Positions 48,001 to 58,643 are shown, counted from the first letter of the stretch. The stretch: 64,000 bases of DNA from an uncultured Bacilli bacterium (GCA_934096715.1 CAKOMQ010000002.1:24132-88131), one strand, 5' to 3'. The notes: generated from the sequence alone by a model not told the origin. Program-made: numbers and translations.

Positions 48001-48912
48001 ATGAAAGTTGAAAAAATTTGTGGTAATTGTGAAAAGATTAACATGAAAAGAAAAAAAACTAATTTTTATGGTATTCCAACATATGAGTGTATTCAAGATT
48101 GTAAATACCATAAATTAGACGAATCTGGTTGTAGAGATCATAGATTTGCCAAAGCAGGATGGACAAGAACTGGATTTTGGATTATAACTGCAGTTGCAAA
48201 AATATTAGAATTAGATTCTGATAGTAAAGATATAAAAATGCTTTTTGACCTACTATTTGAATATCGTACTACTGGCGATAATAATAAAGATACATTATTG
48301 GATGATTATGATCAAAGTGGTAGATTAGTAGCAGAAAATCTATTAAAAGCAGAAAATAAAGAAGAATATGCAACTCAAATTTATAATTTTTACTTTATTC
48401 CTATCATATTATTAATTAGTGATAATAAAAAGGAAGAAGCATTAAAAGAATTCTTTAGAATGGCTGAAGAATTAAAAGAAACATTTAACATAAAAAGTAA
48501 TGTTAATTTAATAAAGGAAGGAGAAAATATTACAATGGGAAATAATGAATTACTTAAAATAAATTCTATACTAGATATTGATAACACTGAAGATTTTAAT
48601 ATTTTATTCAACTATATTAAAAATAGCACTGATGATATTAAAGCATTATATGTTGAAATATGTGATGCCTTAAAAGGTTTATTAGATAATCAAACAACAG
48701 AAGAAAATAAAGTAGCTATACTAAGAAAATATTATAATAGTTCAATTATAATAGCTATTCAAGATGCTAAAAATCCTAAAAGTGATCATTCATCAATCAA
48801 AAACATATTAGGTACAATGCTATTAAGAATTAATTGTGAATTCAATAGTTATCGTACACCTGATGTTACTCGTAAAAGAGTACCACTAGATATAAAAGCA
48901 AGTTCACGTTAA
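48001..48912 (+). CDS. Hypothetical protein with Cys-rich N-terminus (CGNCEK...ECIQDCKYH...GCRDH)
   Basis: Perfect consensus promoter TTGACA-17-TATAAT (47944-47972). RBS AAGGGGGG. ATG 48001. Confidence 0.5.
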   Translation: MKVEKICGNCEKINMKRKKTNFYGIPTYECIQDCKYHKLDESGCRDHRFAKAGWTRTGFWIITAVAKILELDSDSKDIKMLFDLLFEYRTTGDNNKDTLLDDYDQSGRLVAENLLKAENKEEYATQIYNFYFIPIILLISDNKKEEALKEFFRMAEELKETFNIKSNVNLIKEGENITMGNNELLKINSILDIDNTEDFNILFNYIKNSTDDIKALYVEICDALKGLLDNQTTEENKVAILRKYYNSSIIIAIQDAKNPKSDHSSIKNILGTMLLRINCEFNSYRTPDVTRKRVPLDIKASSR

Positions 48913-48967
48913 TGTGAACTTTTTTAGTGCAATAAAAAACTTCGTCAAAACGAAGTAAATAACTAAA

Positions 48968-49043
48968 TGGCGCCCAATGTAGGACTCGAACCTACGACCT
49001 AACGGTTAACAGCCGTGCGCTCTACCGACTGAGCTAATTGGGC
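48968..49043 (-). tRNA. tRNA-Asn (anticodon GTT)
   Basis: Reverse complement: GCCCAATTAGCTCAGTCGGTAGAGC...CTGTTAA...GGTTCGAGTCC...TTGGGCGCCA. Confidence 0.9.
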
Positions 49044-49099
49044 ATTGCTATTTAATTATAGTAAAAGTTTATGAAAATGTCAATCGGTTTAATACTAAT

Positions 49100-49543
49100 T
49101 TATAAAAATTTTTTAAGATTTTCAATGTTTTTTTCTTCTAATTCCAATAATTTGTTAGCTAAATCATTTATTTTATCATTAGATACATCAAAATTATTAA
49201 TCTTTTCTTGTATAGCTATAATTCCTTTATTAGTTCCTTCCATCATAAGCTTAGCTAAAATACTTATTGAATTTTCTTTTTTAGATTTCATTTTAACCAT
49301 TAGATTGCTAGTTATTTTTGATAATTCTTTGTTTTCTTTAGGTTCATATCCTTCATTAATAATCATTTCTCTAGTTTCATTTAAGATAGCCTTATAATCT
49401 TCTCTTTGTTCATGAAGTAACTCAATAAAATCTTCGTCACTAACATTCTCTAGAACATCATCAATACCAATTAAACCCATCTCAGCATTTTGATAAATAA
49501 AATTTAAGTATTCAATTTCTTTCTTCATATAAAAATCACCCAT
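49100..49543 (-). CDS. Hypothetical protein (147 aa, helical/acidic)
   Basis: ORF only. Confidence 0.4.
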   Translation of the reverse strand: MGDFYMKKEIEYLNFIYQNAEMGLIGIDDVLENVSDEDFIELLHEQREDYKAILNETREMIINEGYEPKENKELSKITSNLMVKMKSKKENSISILAKLMMEGTNKGIIAIQEKINNFDVSNDKINDLANKLLELEEKNIENLKKFL

Positions 49544-49569
49544 ACTTATTATGGATGATTTTTTTAAAG

Positions 49570-51216
49570 TTATACTTCTTGTACAACCGCTATAATCATT
49601 GGTTTACATTCAGTTTCTTGATATAAATATTTACTTAATTCTTCTCGAATTTCTATTTTTATTTTATTGTAATCAACATATTTAGGTGTTATATTTCTAA
49701 CAATAATCTTTTCACATAGATCTTTTATTTCATTTATTAAATCTTTAGAATCTTTAACATATATAAATCCACGAGTTGTTACTTCCGGTCCTACTAACAA
49801 TACCTTATCTTTCTTAGATATAGTAGCACTAATTAAGACAATACCATTTTCACTCAACATCTCTCTATCTTTAATAACTACTTCTCCGATATCATCATTT
49901 AATTCTCCATCAATTAGAATATCATTTACTTTAATATGTTCAAGCTTTTCTTGTAATACTCCATTTTCAAACGTTACAACATCGCCATTTTGTTTTAGAA
50001 TAATCTTATCAGCATCTATACCTAATCTACTCGCTAAATTAGCATTATTTACCATATATCTATATTCACCTTTAACTGGCATATAATGTTTAGGATTCAT
50101 AAGTTTTATCATAATCATTAAGTCTTCACTAGAAGCATGATGAGATATTATCTTATCTTTTGGAATATTTACTATATTACAACCAAATATTGATAAATCA
50201 TTTTCTAATTTTACTAAAGTTTTTTCATTATTATCATATCTAGGTTCGGCAAAAACTAAAGTATCACTTGGTTTTAGTTCAATAAATTTATCATACCCAT
50301 GAAGTATCTTACTAATATTTGCATACGGATTAGTCTTTTCATCACTAACAAGTAATATAGCGTTATCATCATTAATATTAGATAAATCTCCAATAATACC
50401 TTCTTCTACTTCTAAATATCTTTCTTTAATAGCAAAGTTAACAACATTTTGTAATTTTTTACCCATTATTATAATCTTACGATGTGTATTTCTAGCAGCA
50501 TTAAATATATCATTAATAGTATATAAATGATATGGTAACACTGAAAATATCAATCTCTTTTCATTATGTTTAATAACATCTTTAAAGAAGTCTTCAAAAC
50601 GATGATTAGGAGATGTATAACCTTTTCTTTCTGAAAAAGAAGACTCACATAATAAACAAAGAACTCCTTGCTTACCTACGTAAGCTATCTTACCTAAATC
50701 CATATCATATACACCAAGCATTGCTGGATCTATTATAAAATCACCTGTATAACATATCGCACCATCTTTAGTATATAAAACATACATAACTGAATCAGGT
50801 ACACTATGAGATACACTTATTGGAAATACACTCAAACCATCTTTAAAATTAATCTTTTTATGTGGTTTAATTTCAATTATATTATCTTTTTTTAATCCAT
50901 CTTCTTCTAAAATGAACTTCGTAAACTTAGTAGCATATACTTTAACTCCTGGTAAATCATCAATTAAATCTTTTATTGCACCCATATTTTCACCATGACC
51001 ATGGGTTACAAAAATACCTTTAATTTTATTTTTATTCTTTACTAAGTAACTAAAATCAGGCATTATATAGTCTATTCCTAGAAGATTAGAACTAGCATAT
51101 TTAATACCACAATCAAAGACAAATATATTATCATCAACATTTACAATATAACAATTCTTTCCATTTTCGTTTAGTCCACCCAAACCAAAAATACTTATTT
51201 TACTCAATTTAATCAC
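49570..51216 (-). CDS. rnj: Ribonuclease J (metallo-beta-lactamase/beta-CASP)
   Basis: HGHGENMGA metal-binding motif. 548 aa. Confidence 0.85.
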   Translation of the reverse strand: MIKLSKISIFGLGGLNENGKNCYIVNVDDNIFVFDCGIKYASSNLLGIDYIMPDFSYLVKNKNKIKGIFVTHGHGENMGAIKDLIDDLPGVKVYATKFTKFILEEDGLKKDNIIEIKPHKKINFKDGLSVFPISVSHSVPDSVMYVLYTKDGAICYTGDFIIDPAMLGVYDMDLGKIAYVGKQGVLCLLCESSFSERKGYTSPNHRFEDFFKDVIKHNEKRLIFSVLPYHLYTINDIFNAARNTHRKIIIMGKKLQNVVNFAIKERYLEVEEGIIGDLSNINDDNAILLVSDEKTNPYANISKILHGYDKFIELKPSDTLVFAEPRYDNNEKTLVKLENDLSIFGCNIVNIPKDKIISHHASSEDLMIMIKLMNPKHYMPVKGEYRYMVNNANLASRLGIDADKIILKQNGDVVTFENGVLQEKLEHIKVNDILIDGELNDDIGEVVIKDREMLSENGIVLISATISKKDKVLLVGPEVTTRGFIYVKDSKDLINEIKDLCEKIIVRNITPKYVDYNKIKIEIREELSKYLYQETECKPMIIAVVQEV

Positions 51217-51333
51217 TCTTTCTTTTATTTAAAGTTTTTTTGCTCTCAATAAGTATACCATTTTTTTACTAATTTATCAAATTTAATCGCAGAAAAAAAT
51301 TGAAACCTAAGTTTCAATCTTAAAAATTATTTA

Positions 51334-52134
51334 TTAATGTCTACTACTACTTTCGTTACCACTTTCAAATTCTTGTTGATTTAGATATTCAATATACTTT
51401 CTATGTTTAGAATAATGAAATTCACTCAAATATACACGTTCACTTTCATAAATCATACCATGATCTGTTGCATATTCAGAAATAGGCTTAATTATTTTAT
51501 ATGTGGCAAGTCTTTTTAAAGTTTTTTTACTTGCAACACTACCTAACCATTTATCATAATCATCCATATAATCTAAAAAACTACGTACATCTAAATCCAT
51601 TTTTTCAGGTGGAGTCATATATTTATATTCAGGATTAGGATATTCATCAAAACATCCACAATACTTTATTAAAAAGTCATATGGTTTTATATATGCTACA
51701 TTTTTTGGAACATCTTGCATTTTAAATTCTTTAGCTAATTCCAATAACTTTTGTTGACCTTCTTTTCCTACAAAATCTACACAAAAAGTAAGACAACCTG
51801 AATGATATCTATACTTTCTTACACCATCACCAGATAAATTGAAAAAGATTTCTCTATTTTCATCAGACAGGCAATCTTCAACAACTTCTATCCAGCACTC
51901 ACCTTCATTAACATGGTCACTTACCATAAATGTATAGATATTTTTACTCCATAATTCCTTGCAAGCTGGTATACATTCTTCTATTATGAATCTAGTTGGA
52001 TCATTTTCTACTTGTTCTTGTGGACATTGCGGTACTTCATTATAGTTTTCATTCATTGGCAAAAATCCTTTTTCTTGTACTTCTTTATTCTTTTTTTGAA
52101 ATACACTTATATTTATTTCTTCTATTTGTTTCAT
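51334..52134 (-). CDS. Hypothetical Cys-rich protein (266 aa)
   Basis: ORF only. Confidence 0.4.
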   Translation of the reverse strand: MKQIEEINISVFQKKNKEVQEKGFLPMNENYNEVPQCPQEQVENDPTRFIIEECIPACKELWSKNIYTFMVSDHVNEGECWIEVVEDCLSDENREIFFNLSGDGVRKYRYHSGCLTFCVDFVGKEGQQKLLELAKEFKMQDVPKNVAYIKPYDFLIKYCGCFDEYPNPEYKYMTPPEKMDLDVRSFLDYMDDYDKWLGSVASKKTLKRLATYKIIKPISEYATDHGMIYESERVYLSEFHYSKHRKYIEYLNQQEFESGNESSSRH

Positions 52135-52215
52135 AATTTCCCCCTAACATTTTTTTCGCCTATCCTACCACTACTATAACCATTTGTCAATTATTATGAA
52201 TAGAAAAAAAGAGAG

Positions 52216-52986
52216 TCACTCTCTTTCTTCACTAATTAATGTAGTTAAATTAACTATCTTTAGATTCTTATAGTATATCTGTTTTAATATCAATTTATAT
52301 TCATTTAGGGATACATTATTATCAATATAAATAATATCTCCCGAATTAATTAACTTTATTGATTCACCAACATTATTCTTAGTAATTTTAATAGAAGGTT
52401 CAATTAAATACTTATTATAAGACTTGCATAACTCCAGTAGATTATCATTTATTACGCATATCCTACTTTGACTTTTCATCTTCCTTTCTAAATCTTTATA
52501 ATTATTATAGTCATTATTTATTTGTTCATAACTACTAGAATTATCAAAAGTACTCATATTTACAAGTCTACTAAACAAAATATTAATTCTACTAGAATAA
52601 TCAATTAATATATTATTATCTTCTAGTATTATAGATACTGCATTTTTTAAACTATTACCTTTGCTTATAATTTTATCTTTATTATTATTGATACTTATAC
52701 TAGGTTTTACTTCATTATATAAAAGATAATCACTACTAAATACTTCTAATTCTTTCATATTATTATAACTTTCAAAAACATTTACATCCATACCATTAAG
52801 CCCTGGTATAATATAATCATCTTTAATCTCAGCATTAACACTTTTAATATAATAATTGTCCTTATTACTTTTAATTTCATAAAATAATTGATTATTGGAA
52901 ATTAACAAATCATTAATTTTTTCTGTATACAAAATACTAATAACTAATATTAAAGATATACCAAAATATTTAAAATAATTATTCAT
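52216..52986 (-). CDS. Hypothetical secreted/membrane-anchored protein
   Basis: N-terminal hydrophobic segment. Confidence 0.4.
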   Translation of the reverse strand: MNNYFKYFGISLILVISILYTEKINDLLISNNQLFYEIKSNKDNYYIKSVNAEIKDDYIIPGLNGMDVNVFESYNNMKELEVFSSDYLLYNEVKPSISINNNKDKIISKGNSLKNAVSIILEDNNILIDYSSRINILFSRLVNMSTFDNSSSYEQINNDYNNYKDLERKMKSQSRICVINDNLLELCKSYNKYLIEPSIKITKNNVGESIKLINSGDIIYIDNNVSLNEYKLILKQIYYKNLKIVNLTTLISEERE

Positions 52987-53047
52987 TTTTCACCTACATT
53001 AAAATATATGATTAATATAAATTATTTTTCCTAACTTCCTAACGTTG

Positions 53048-53392
53048 TCACGCTTCCTTCTCTTCAGTCTTTTTAGAACTACTAGATAAAAATGTTACTT
53101 TTTCTGCAATAACTTCTGTTACATATCGTACAACATTATTCTCATCTTCGTATTTACTAGATTGAAGTCTACCTTTTATGCCAATTACATCCCCTGAATG
53201 GCAATATTCACAGGTACAAGCCGCTACATTGTTCCACATAGTACATTTTATAAAATCAGTTTCGTATACACCTTCTGCATTTTTAAAGTTACGATTAACT
53301 GCTAAAAGAAGCCAAGTAAATATCTTACCATCTTTTACTTCACTCTTTTGTGGATCACTTGCAAGTCGACCAACCAAAACCACGTTATTCAT
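53048..53392 (-). CDS. ssb: Single-stranded DNA-binding protein (short, lacks acidic C-terminal tip)
   Basis: OB-fold N-terminus MNNVVLVGRLASDPQ.... Confidence 0.65.
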   Translation of the reverse strand: MNNVVLVGRLASDPQKSEVKDGKIFTWLLLAVNRNFKNAEGVYETDFIKCTMWNNVAACTCEYCHSGDVIGIKGRLQSSKYEDENNVVRYVTEVIAEKVTFLSSSSKKTEEKEA

Positions 53393-53532
53393 TGATGCCT
53401 CCTTTCATAAAGAAATTAACACATCTAATATAATAATACAAATTACCAATTTCATATAAATTTGCCAAAAAAATAAACCAAATTCTTAATATTTTTGGTT
53501 TATTTAGTCTATATTATTTAATTTTTGTAAAA

Positions 53533-54828
53533 TCAACTTTCTTTTAATAATCTATTAATTTCAACAGCATATTCCATTGGAAGTTCATTTTTAAAATCAC
53601 TTATAAATCCAGTTACAATAAGTTCCTTACTAACTTCTTCACTTAATCCCTTGCTCATCAAATAATTAAGTTTCTCTTCACTAACTTTAGATATAGTAGC
53701 TTCATGTTCAATATAACTAGAATTATTGCCTACAATATTTTTAGGATACGTATCACTCTTAGACATTTCATCTAATATCAAAGTATCACATTTAACAAAT
53801 GCTTGTGAGTTAATAGCATCCTTGCTTATCTTAACTAATCCCCTATAACTAGCATTTCCACCACTTTCACTTATACTTTTACTTATTATAGTACTCTTAG
53901 TATTCTTACCTAGATGTATCATTTTAGCACCAGCATCCAACACTTGCATATCTTTTGCATAGGCAATTGACATACTTTTAGCACTTCCACCGTCACCCTT
54001 TAATATAGAGCTAGGATATTTCATTGTAACACATGAACCGATATTACCATCAATCCATTCCATATGTCCACCTTCATCAACAACACTTCTTTTAGTAACT
54101 AAATTATATACATCTTTACTCCAATTTTGAATGGTAGAATATCGCATTTTTGCATTCTTACCAACAAATATTTCAACTACTCCAGCATGCAGTGAACTAC
54201 TAGAATAACTTTTTGCCGTACATCCTTCAATATATTCAAGTTCACTAAAATCATCTACAATTATAATAGTTCTTTCAAATTGTCCTAAAGACTCACTATC
54301 TATTCTAAAATAACTTTGAAGTGGCCTATCCAGCTTAGTATGTGGTGGAATATATATAAAAGATCCCCCACTCCATAAAGCTCCATTTAAAGCAGTATAT
54401 TTATTTTCTTTATAATCAACTAATGTATTAAAATATTTCTTAAATAATTCTGGATACTTCTTTAATGCATCATCAGTTGAAGTAAATATTATATCTTTAT
54501 CAGTTTTTGTACTATGATACACTACTTCACTTTCATATTGATTAGTAACACCATCTAAGTACTCTTCTTCAGCTTTTATAACGCCAAGCTTACAAAAAGT
54601 ATTCTTAACTTCATTATCTACTTTATTCCAATCATCTTCTAAAGAATTATTATTATCTTTGTAATAATTAATATTATCAAAATCAATATTAATCTCAGGT
54701 CCAAAATTTGGTTCATCCATCTTTTCATACTCTCTAAATGATTGCAACCTAAAATTAAGCATAAATTCTGGTTCATGCTTTTTTTCAGAGATATATTTAA
54801 TTAAACTTTCATCTAACTTCATTTTCAT
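53533..54828 (-). CDS. sufB: Fe-S cluster assembly protein SufB
   Basis: C-terminal SufB signature ...LNYLMSKGLSEEVSKELIVTGF. 431 aa. Confidence 0.85.
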   Translation of the reverse strand: MKMKLDESLIKYISEKKHEPEFMLNFRLQSFREYEKMDEPNFGPEINIDFDNINYYKDNNNSLEDDWNKVDNEVKNTFCKLGVIKAEEEYLDGVTNQYESEVVYHSTKTDKDIIFTSTDDALKKYPELFKKYFNTLVDYKENKYTALNGALWSGGSFIYIPPHTKLDRPLQSYFRIDSESLGQFERTIIIVDDFSELEYIEGCTAKSYSSSSLHAGVVEIFVGKNAKMRYSTIQNWSKDVYNLVTKRSVVDEGGHMEWIDGNIGSCVTMKYPSSILKGDGGSAKSMSIAYAKDMQVLDAGAKMIHLGKNTKSTIISKSISESGGNASYRGLVKISKDAINSQAFVKCDTLILDEMSKSDTYPKNIVGNNSSYIEHEATISKVSEEKLNYLMSKGLSEEVSKELIVTGFISDFKNELPMEYAVEINRLLKES

Positions 54829-54917
54829 AACTTATATAATACAATAAATTTAGTTTAAAAACAATTGTCTTATTATATTTTTTTTGTTAAAATAATTATA
54901 GAATAGGAAGAATATGT

Positions 54918-55583
54918 ATGACTAATGAAGAATTTATAACAACTAAAAAAAGTCTTTATGAATCATTAAGAGATATTAATGTCTTAAATAATCATTTAGT
55001 ATATCAAAATTATTCTGTTCCTTTAGATAATTTAAGTATAGAAAAAATCTTCAGATTCTGCCCAGGATTATTTAATCTAGAACCAGCAGATATCATAAAA
55101 GTTATATATACATGTAAACTATTATCTAAAAATGAGCTCACAGAAATAGAAATAAATTACTTAACTAATTATACAAAAAGCTATCTAAATTTAAAAAAAC
55201 ATATACTTAATAATATAGAATATATTGTAAATGGTAATCCCATTAGTTTAGAAACACTAGAAAGAGATATCAAAGGCTTCGAATTACCAATATTATTTAG
55301 TGATGATGATGCTTTTAAAAATAGTATTGGCGCTAGTATCATTAGAAAAGAACTAGATGTTTATTATAACAGTATAGATAATGGTGGTATGGAAAAAGAC
55401 TTACAAAGAGTTAGAAAGAAGAATGGTATCTCATCAAGCGATCCATCTTTAGATAGGAACTATCTAGAATATCAAGAATTTCATGATAAATTAAATAGTT
55501 ATCAAAATGCAGGATTTGTTACAATATTCTTAATTGGATTTATAATAGTAACTACCCTAATCTTATTAATGATGATAAAATAG
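54918..55583 (+). CDS. Hypothetical protein with C-terminal TM anchor
   Basis: ORF only. Confidence 0.4.
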   Translation: MTNEEFITTKKSLYESLRDINVLNNHLVYQNYSVPLDNLSIEKIFRFCPGLFNLEPADIIKVIYTCKLLSKNELTEIEINYLTNYTKSYLNLKKHILNNIEYIVNGNPISLETLERDIKGFELPILFSDDDAFKNSIGASIIRKELDVYYNSIDNGGMEKDLQRVRKKNGISSSDPSLDRNYLEYQEFHDKLNSYQNAGFVTIFLIGFIIVTTLILLMMIK

Positions 55584-55590
55584 AGACTAA

Positions 55591-55851
55591 TTATTTAGCC
55601 TCTATTATTAATTTAATGGCAGTTTTTTGCTCTCCATTAATTACTATATCATTAAAAGCTGGAATGACAACCAAATTATCCCCTGTTGGCGCTACAAAAC
55701 CACGACATATTGCTACTGCTTTAATCGCCTGATTTAAACTACCTGCTCCAATTGTTTGAATTTCAACACATTTTTTCTCTCGATAAATATTAGCAATTGC
55801 ACCAGCAACTTTACTAGGATTAGACTTACTCGATACTTTTAATATTTCCAT
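55591..55851 (-). CDS. spoVS: Stage V sporulation protein S
   Basis: MEILKVSSKSNPSKVAGAIA...QTIGAGSLNQAIKAVAICRGFVAP...AIKLIIE is near-colinear with SpoVS. Confidence 0.85.
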   Translation of the reverse strand: MEILKVSSKSNPSKVAGAIANIYREKKCVEIQTIGAGSLNQAIKAVAICRGFVAPTGDNLVVIPAFNDIVINGEQKTAIKLIIEAK

Positions 55852-55955
55852 TTTTATTATTCCTTTCTTTCTATTTAATTATATTAGATTATTTTATATT
55901 TAGAACTTCATTTTACAGACTTAAAAAAACATGATATTATTAAAGTGGTGATAAC

Positions 55956-56645
55956 ATGAATAATAAGGGATTCACATTAGTAGAAATAATTGCCGTTATA
56001 GCAATACTTGGAATAATTATGAGCTTATCAATAAGCAGTTATGTAAATTATTCAGATAAATTAGAAGAAAAAAATAAAGAAAACAGTATCTCTATTATTA
56101 AAATGAAAGCCAAAGATTATTATAATTCCACTGGTAAAAATATATTCTTTGTTAAAGAGTTACTAACAAGTGAATATCTAAAACCTAATCAAGGAAATAA
56201 TTACTTAATTAATAAAGAAGACTACGTATGTCACATTGTATCAATTGAAACAAGTATTGATGAGAATAACAAAGTAAATGTTACCGCAATTGTTGATGAA
56301 ACAGATTATAGTTTAGAAAATAATGATGAACAAGGATATATTAATTGCGATGAATCTAAATTAGAAGAAAAATTCTCATTATCTATAAAAGAAAGCACTA
56401 TAACTGCTAACATACCAAAAAAATCTAGTGTAACAATTATGACAAACTTAGGAGATTATACTCACCAAGAAAATAACACCGATACAAATAAACAAATAAC
56501 TTTAAATATTAAGAATATAGAAAACATTCCAAGTACAGAAGATAATCACTTTTTAGTAGTAGCACAAGCTACCTTAGTTGATGAAAATAATAAAATAACA
56601 ACCAAAAAAATAAGTATAAAGGCTAAAGAATTAAAGGCAAATTAA
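55956..56645 (+). CDS. Type IV pilin/pseudopilin-like protein with class III (prepilin peptidase) signal
   Basis: N-terminus MNNKG|FTLVEIIAVIAILGII (G-F-T-L-x-E motif). Confidence 0.7.
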   Translation: MNNKGFTLVEIIAVIAILGIIMSLSISSYVNYSDKLEEKNKENSISIIKMKAKDYYNSTGKNIFFVKELLTSEYLKPNQGNNYLINKEDYVCHIVSIETSIDENNKVNVTAIVDETDYSLENNDEQGYINCDESKLEEKFSLSIKESTITANIPKKSSVTIMTNLGDYTHQENNTDTNKQITLNIKNIENIPSTEDNHFLVVAQATLVDENNKITTKKISIKAKELKAN

Positions 56646-56649
56646 AACT

Positions 56650-57360
56650 CTATTTAAATGAATATAGAGTTTTTATTTCTTTAAGTGACAACTCTCTATA
56701 GTCACCACTTTTTAAGTCTCCTAAAGTTAAGAAAGCATAACCTTCTCTTTTAAGTTTAATTACATCATAATTTAGTGTTTCAAATAATCTTCTTATAATA
56801 TGATTTCTTCCTTCATGAATAGTTATTTCTACAATAGAAGTATTATTTTTCTTATCTAAACTTCTAAGTTTTATAAAGTCTACTTCTACTACTCTTCCAT
56901 CTATTTTTATACCTTTTTTTATTCTAATACTATCTTCTTTACTAAGTATTTTATTTAACTTAGCTATATAAGTTTTCTTAATATTATTTTTAGGATGCAT
57001 TAATATATTAGCTAGTTCTCCATCATTAGTTAAAAGTATTAAACCAGTCGTATCATAATCTAATCTTCCAATAGGATATATTCTTTCATTAGTCTTAATT
57101 AAGTCTACAACAGTTTTTCTATTTTTATCATCACTTACAGTAGATACAACTTCTCTTGGTTTATTTAAAACATATACTCTTTTAGCTACTTCCTTATTTA
57201 TACTAATATCGTCTATTGTAATAATATCACTTCTACTAGCTTTATCACCTAAACTAACAACTTCTCCATTAACTTTAACTCTACCATCAATTATTAGTTC
57301 TTCTGCTTTTCTTCTCGAAGTATATCCATATTCTGCAATTAATTTTTGAATTCGCTCCAT
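56650..57360 (-). CDS. rluB: RsuA/RluB-family rRNA pseudouridine synthase with S4 domain
   Basis: N-terminal S4 domain. Catalytic core motif (IGRLDYDTTGLILLTND). Confidence 0.8.
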   Translation of the reverse strand: MERIQKLIAEYGYTSRRKAEELIIDGRVKVNGEVVSLGDKASRSDIITIDDISINKEVAKRVYVLNKPREVVSTVSDDKNRKTVVDLIKTNERIYPIGRLDYDTTGLILLTNDGELANILMHPKNNIKKTYIAKLNKILSKEDSIRIKKGIKIDGRVVEVDFIKLRSLDKKNNTSIVEITIHEGRNHIIRRLFETLNYDVIKLKREGYAFLTLGDLKSGDYRELSLKEIKTLYSFK

Positions 57361-57420
57361 CTAAATCACATCCGAGACAATTATATCATGCTTCAAACAA
57401 AATAAAAAGGTAGATTATAA

Positions 57421-58026
57421 TTATCTACCCATTTCTTGTTCTTTACGGCCAAAAGTATTTTCTGCAAAAGAATAACAAGCATTAAGGATTTCATCTTGAC
57501 TATATCCACGTTTTAGTAAAGTATCCATATATAACTTCTTTAATACTTCAAGTTGTTCTTCAACTGACTTAGTTTCAATATCATCTGGTAACTCAACATG
57601 TTCTCCAAAAATATCTGCATAAAATGTATAAGTGGTAGAAAGACTATCATCATAGCGTTTTGTTGTTTCTTTTATAAAATCTCCCATTATACATCCTGGA
57701 CGATTATTAAGTCTGTCATTAACAATCTTATAATCATCTTCACTAGCAACTTCAGGAATATCTAATTCAGATGTATATCCTTCAGATATTTTTAAGAATT
57801 TATTAAAAGTATCCGCTCTAAGCTTATTTTCGGCAACAAATAATTGATCAAGTTTTAAATCTTCTTTTTGCTCTTCAGTAAGATTATCAAAGTCAATTGT
57901 AGAAATTCCATTTTCATCTACAATTTGTGGATAAGTTGGATTAAATCCAGTATCATAAACATCCTTTCTTTTTAAATATTCATTTTGCAATAATGACATT
58001 AAGTCTTGTGGCTTATTATTTTTCAT
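57421..58026 (-). CDS. Hypothetical acidic cytoplasmic protein (201 aa)
   Basis: ORF. RBS AAAGGAGATG. Confidence 0.45.
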   Translation of the reverse strand: MKNNKPQDLMSLLQNEYLKRKDVYDTGFNPTYPQIVDENGISTIDFDNLTEEQKEDLKLDQLFVAENKLRADTFNKFLKISEGYTSELDIPEVASEDDYKIVNDRLNNRPGCIMGDFIKETTKRYDDSLSTTYTFYADIFGEHVELPDDIETKSVEEQLEVLKKLYMDTLLKRGYSQDEILNACYSFAENTFGRKEQEMGR

Positions 58027-58052
58027 AATTCACATCTCCTTTACACCTTCAT

Positions 58053-58076
58053 TATATATATATATATATATATATA
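58053..58076. repeat. Perfect (TA)12 dinucleotide repeat forming the 17-bp spacer of a TTGTAT/TATAAT promoter for the 57421..58026 gene (minus strand)
   Basis: 24 nt of uninterrupted TA. On the minus strand: CTCTTG-(TA)12-ATGAAGG, giving -35 TTGTAT, 17 nt, -10 TATAAT. Confidence 0.8.
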
Positions 58077-58121
58077 CAAGAGTTAATTAATTATAAGGTG
58101 TAAAAATGTGTAAATATACAT

Positions 58122-58643
58122 TTATCCAAAGAATACATAAGTAATTGTAAATGCCATAATAATTCCAACTAAATCTGCAAATAATCCTACTGATAGAGAA
58201 TGCCCTATTTTAGATATTTTAACACTTCCAAAATAAAGTGCTAAAACATAAATCGTTGTATCAGTACATCCTTGTAATACACTAGCAAGTCTTCCTGCAT
58301 AACTATCAGGACCAACATTCTGAAAAATATCATTCATAATAGCTAATGATGCTGTACCAGAAATAGGCCTTAATAAAGCCATAGGAATTATATCTAAAGG
58401 TATATTTAATTTAACAAATAAAGGATTTAAAAATGATAATAAAAAGGTAAGTACATTACTATCTAAAAAGATGTTTATCGCAAATACCATCGCAATAACT
58501 GCAGGAAATATACTAAAAGTAGTCATTAATCCTTCTTTAGCACCTTCTAAAAAAGTATCATAAAGATTAACTTCTTTCTTAAATCCATAAAGAATTATAC
58601 CAAGAACAAATATAGGTATTATTACTAAAGATATTATATTCAT
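58122..58643 (-). CDS. spmB: Spore maturation protein B
   Basis: Membrane protein. Conserved dacB-spmA-spmB order. Confidence 0.75.
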   Translation of the reverse strand: MNIISLVIIPIFVLGIILYGFKKEVNLYDTFLEGAKEGLMTTFSIFPAVIAMVFAINIFLDSNVLTFLLSFLNPLFVKLNIPLDIIPMALLRPISGTASLAIMNDIFQNVGPDSYAGRLASVLQGCTDTTIYVLALYFGSVKISKIGHSLSVGLFADLVGIIMAFTITYVFFG

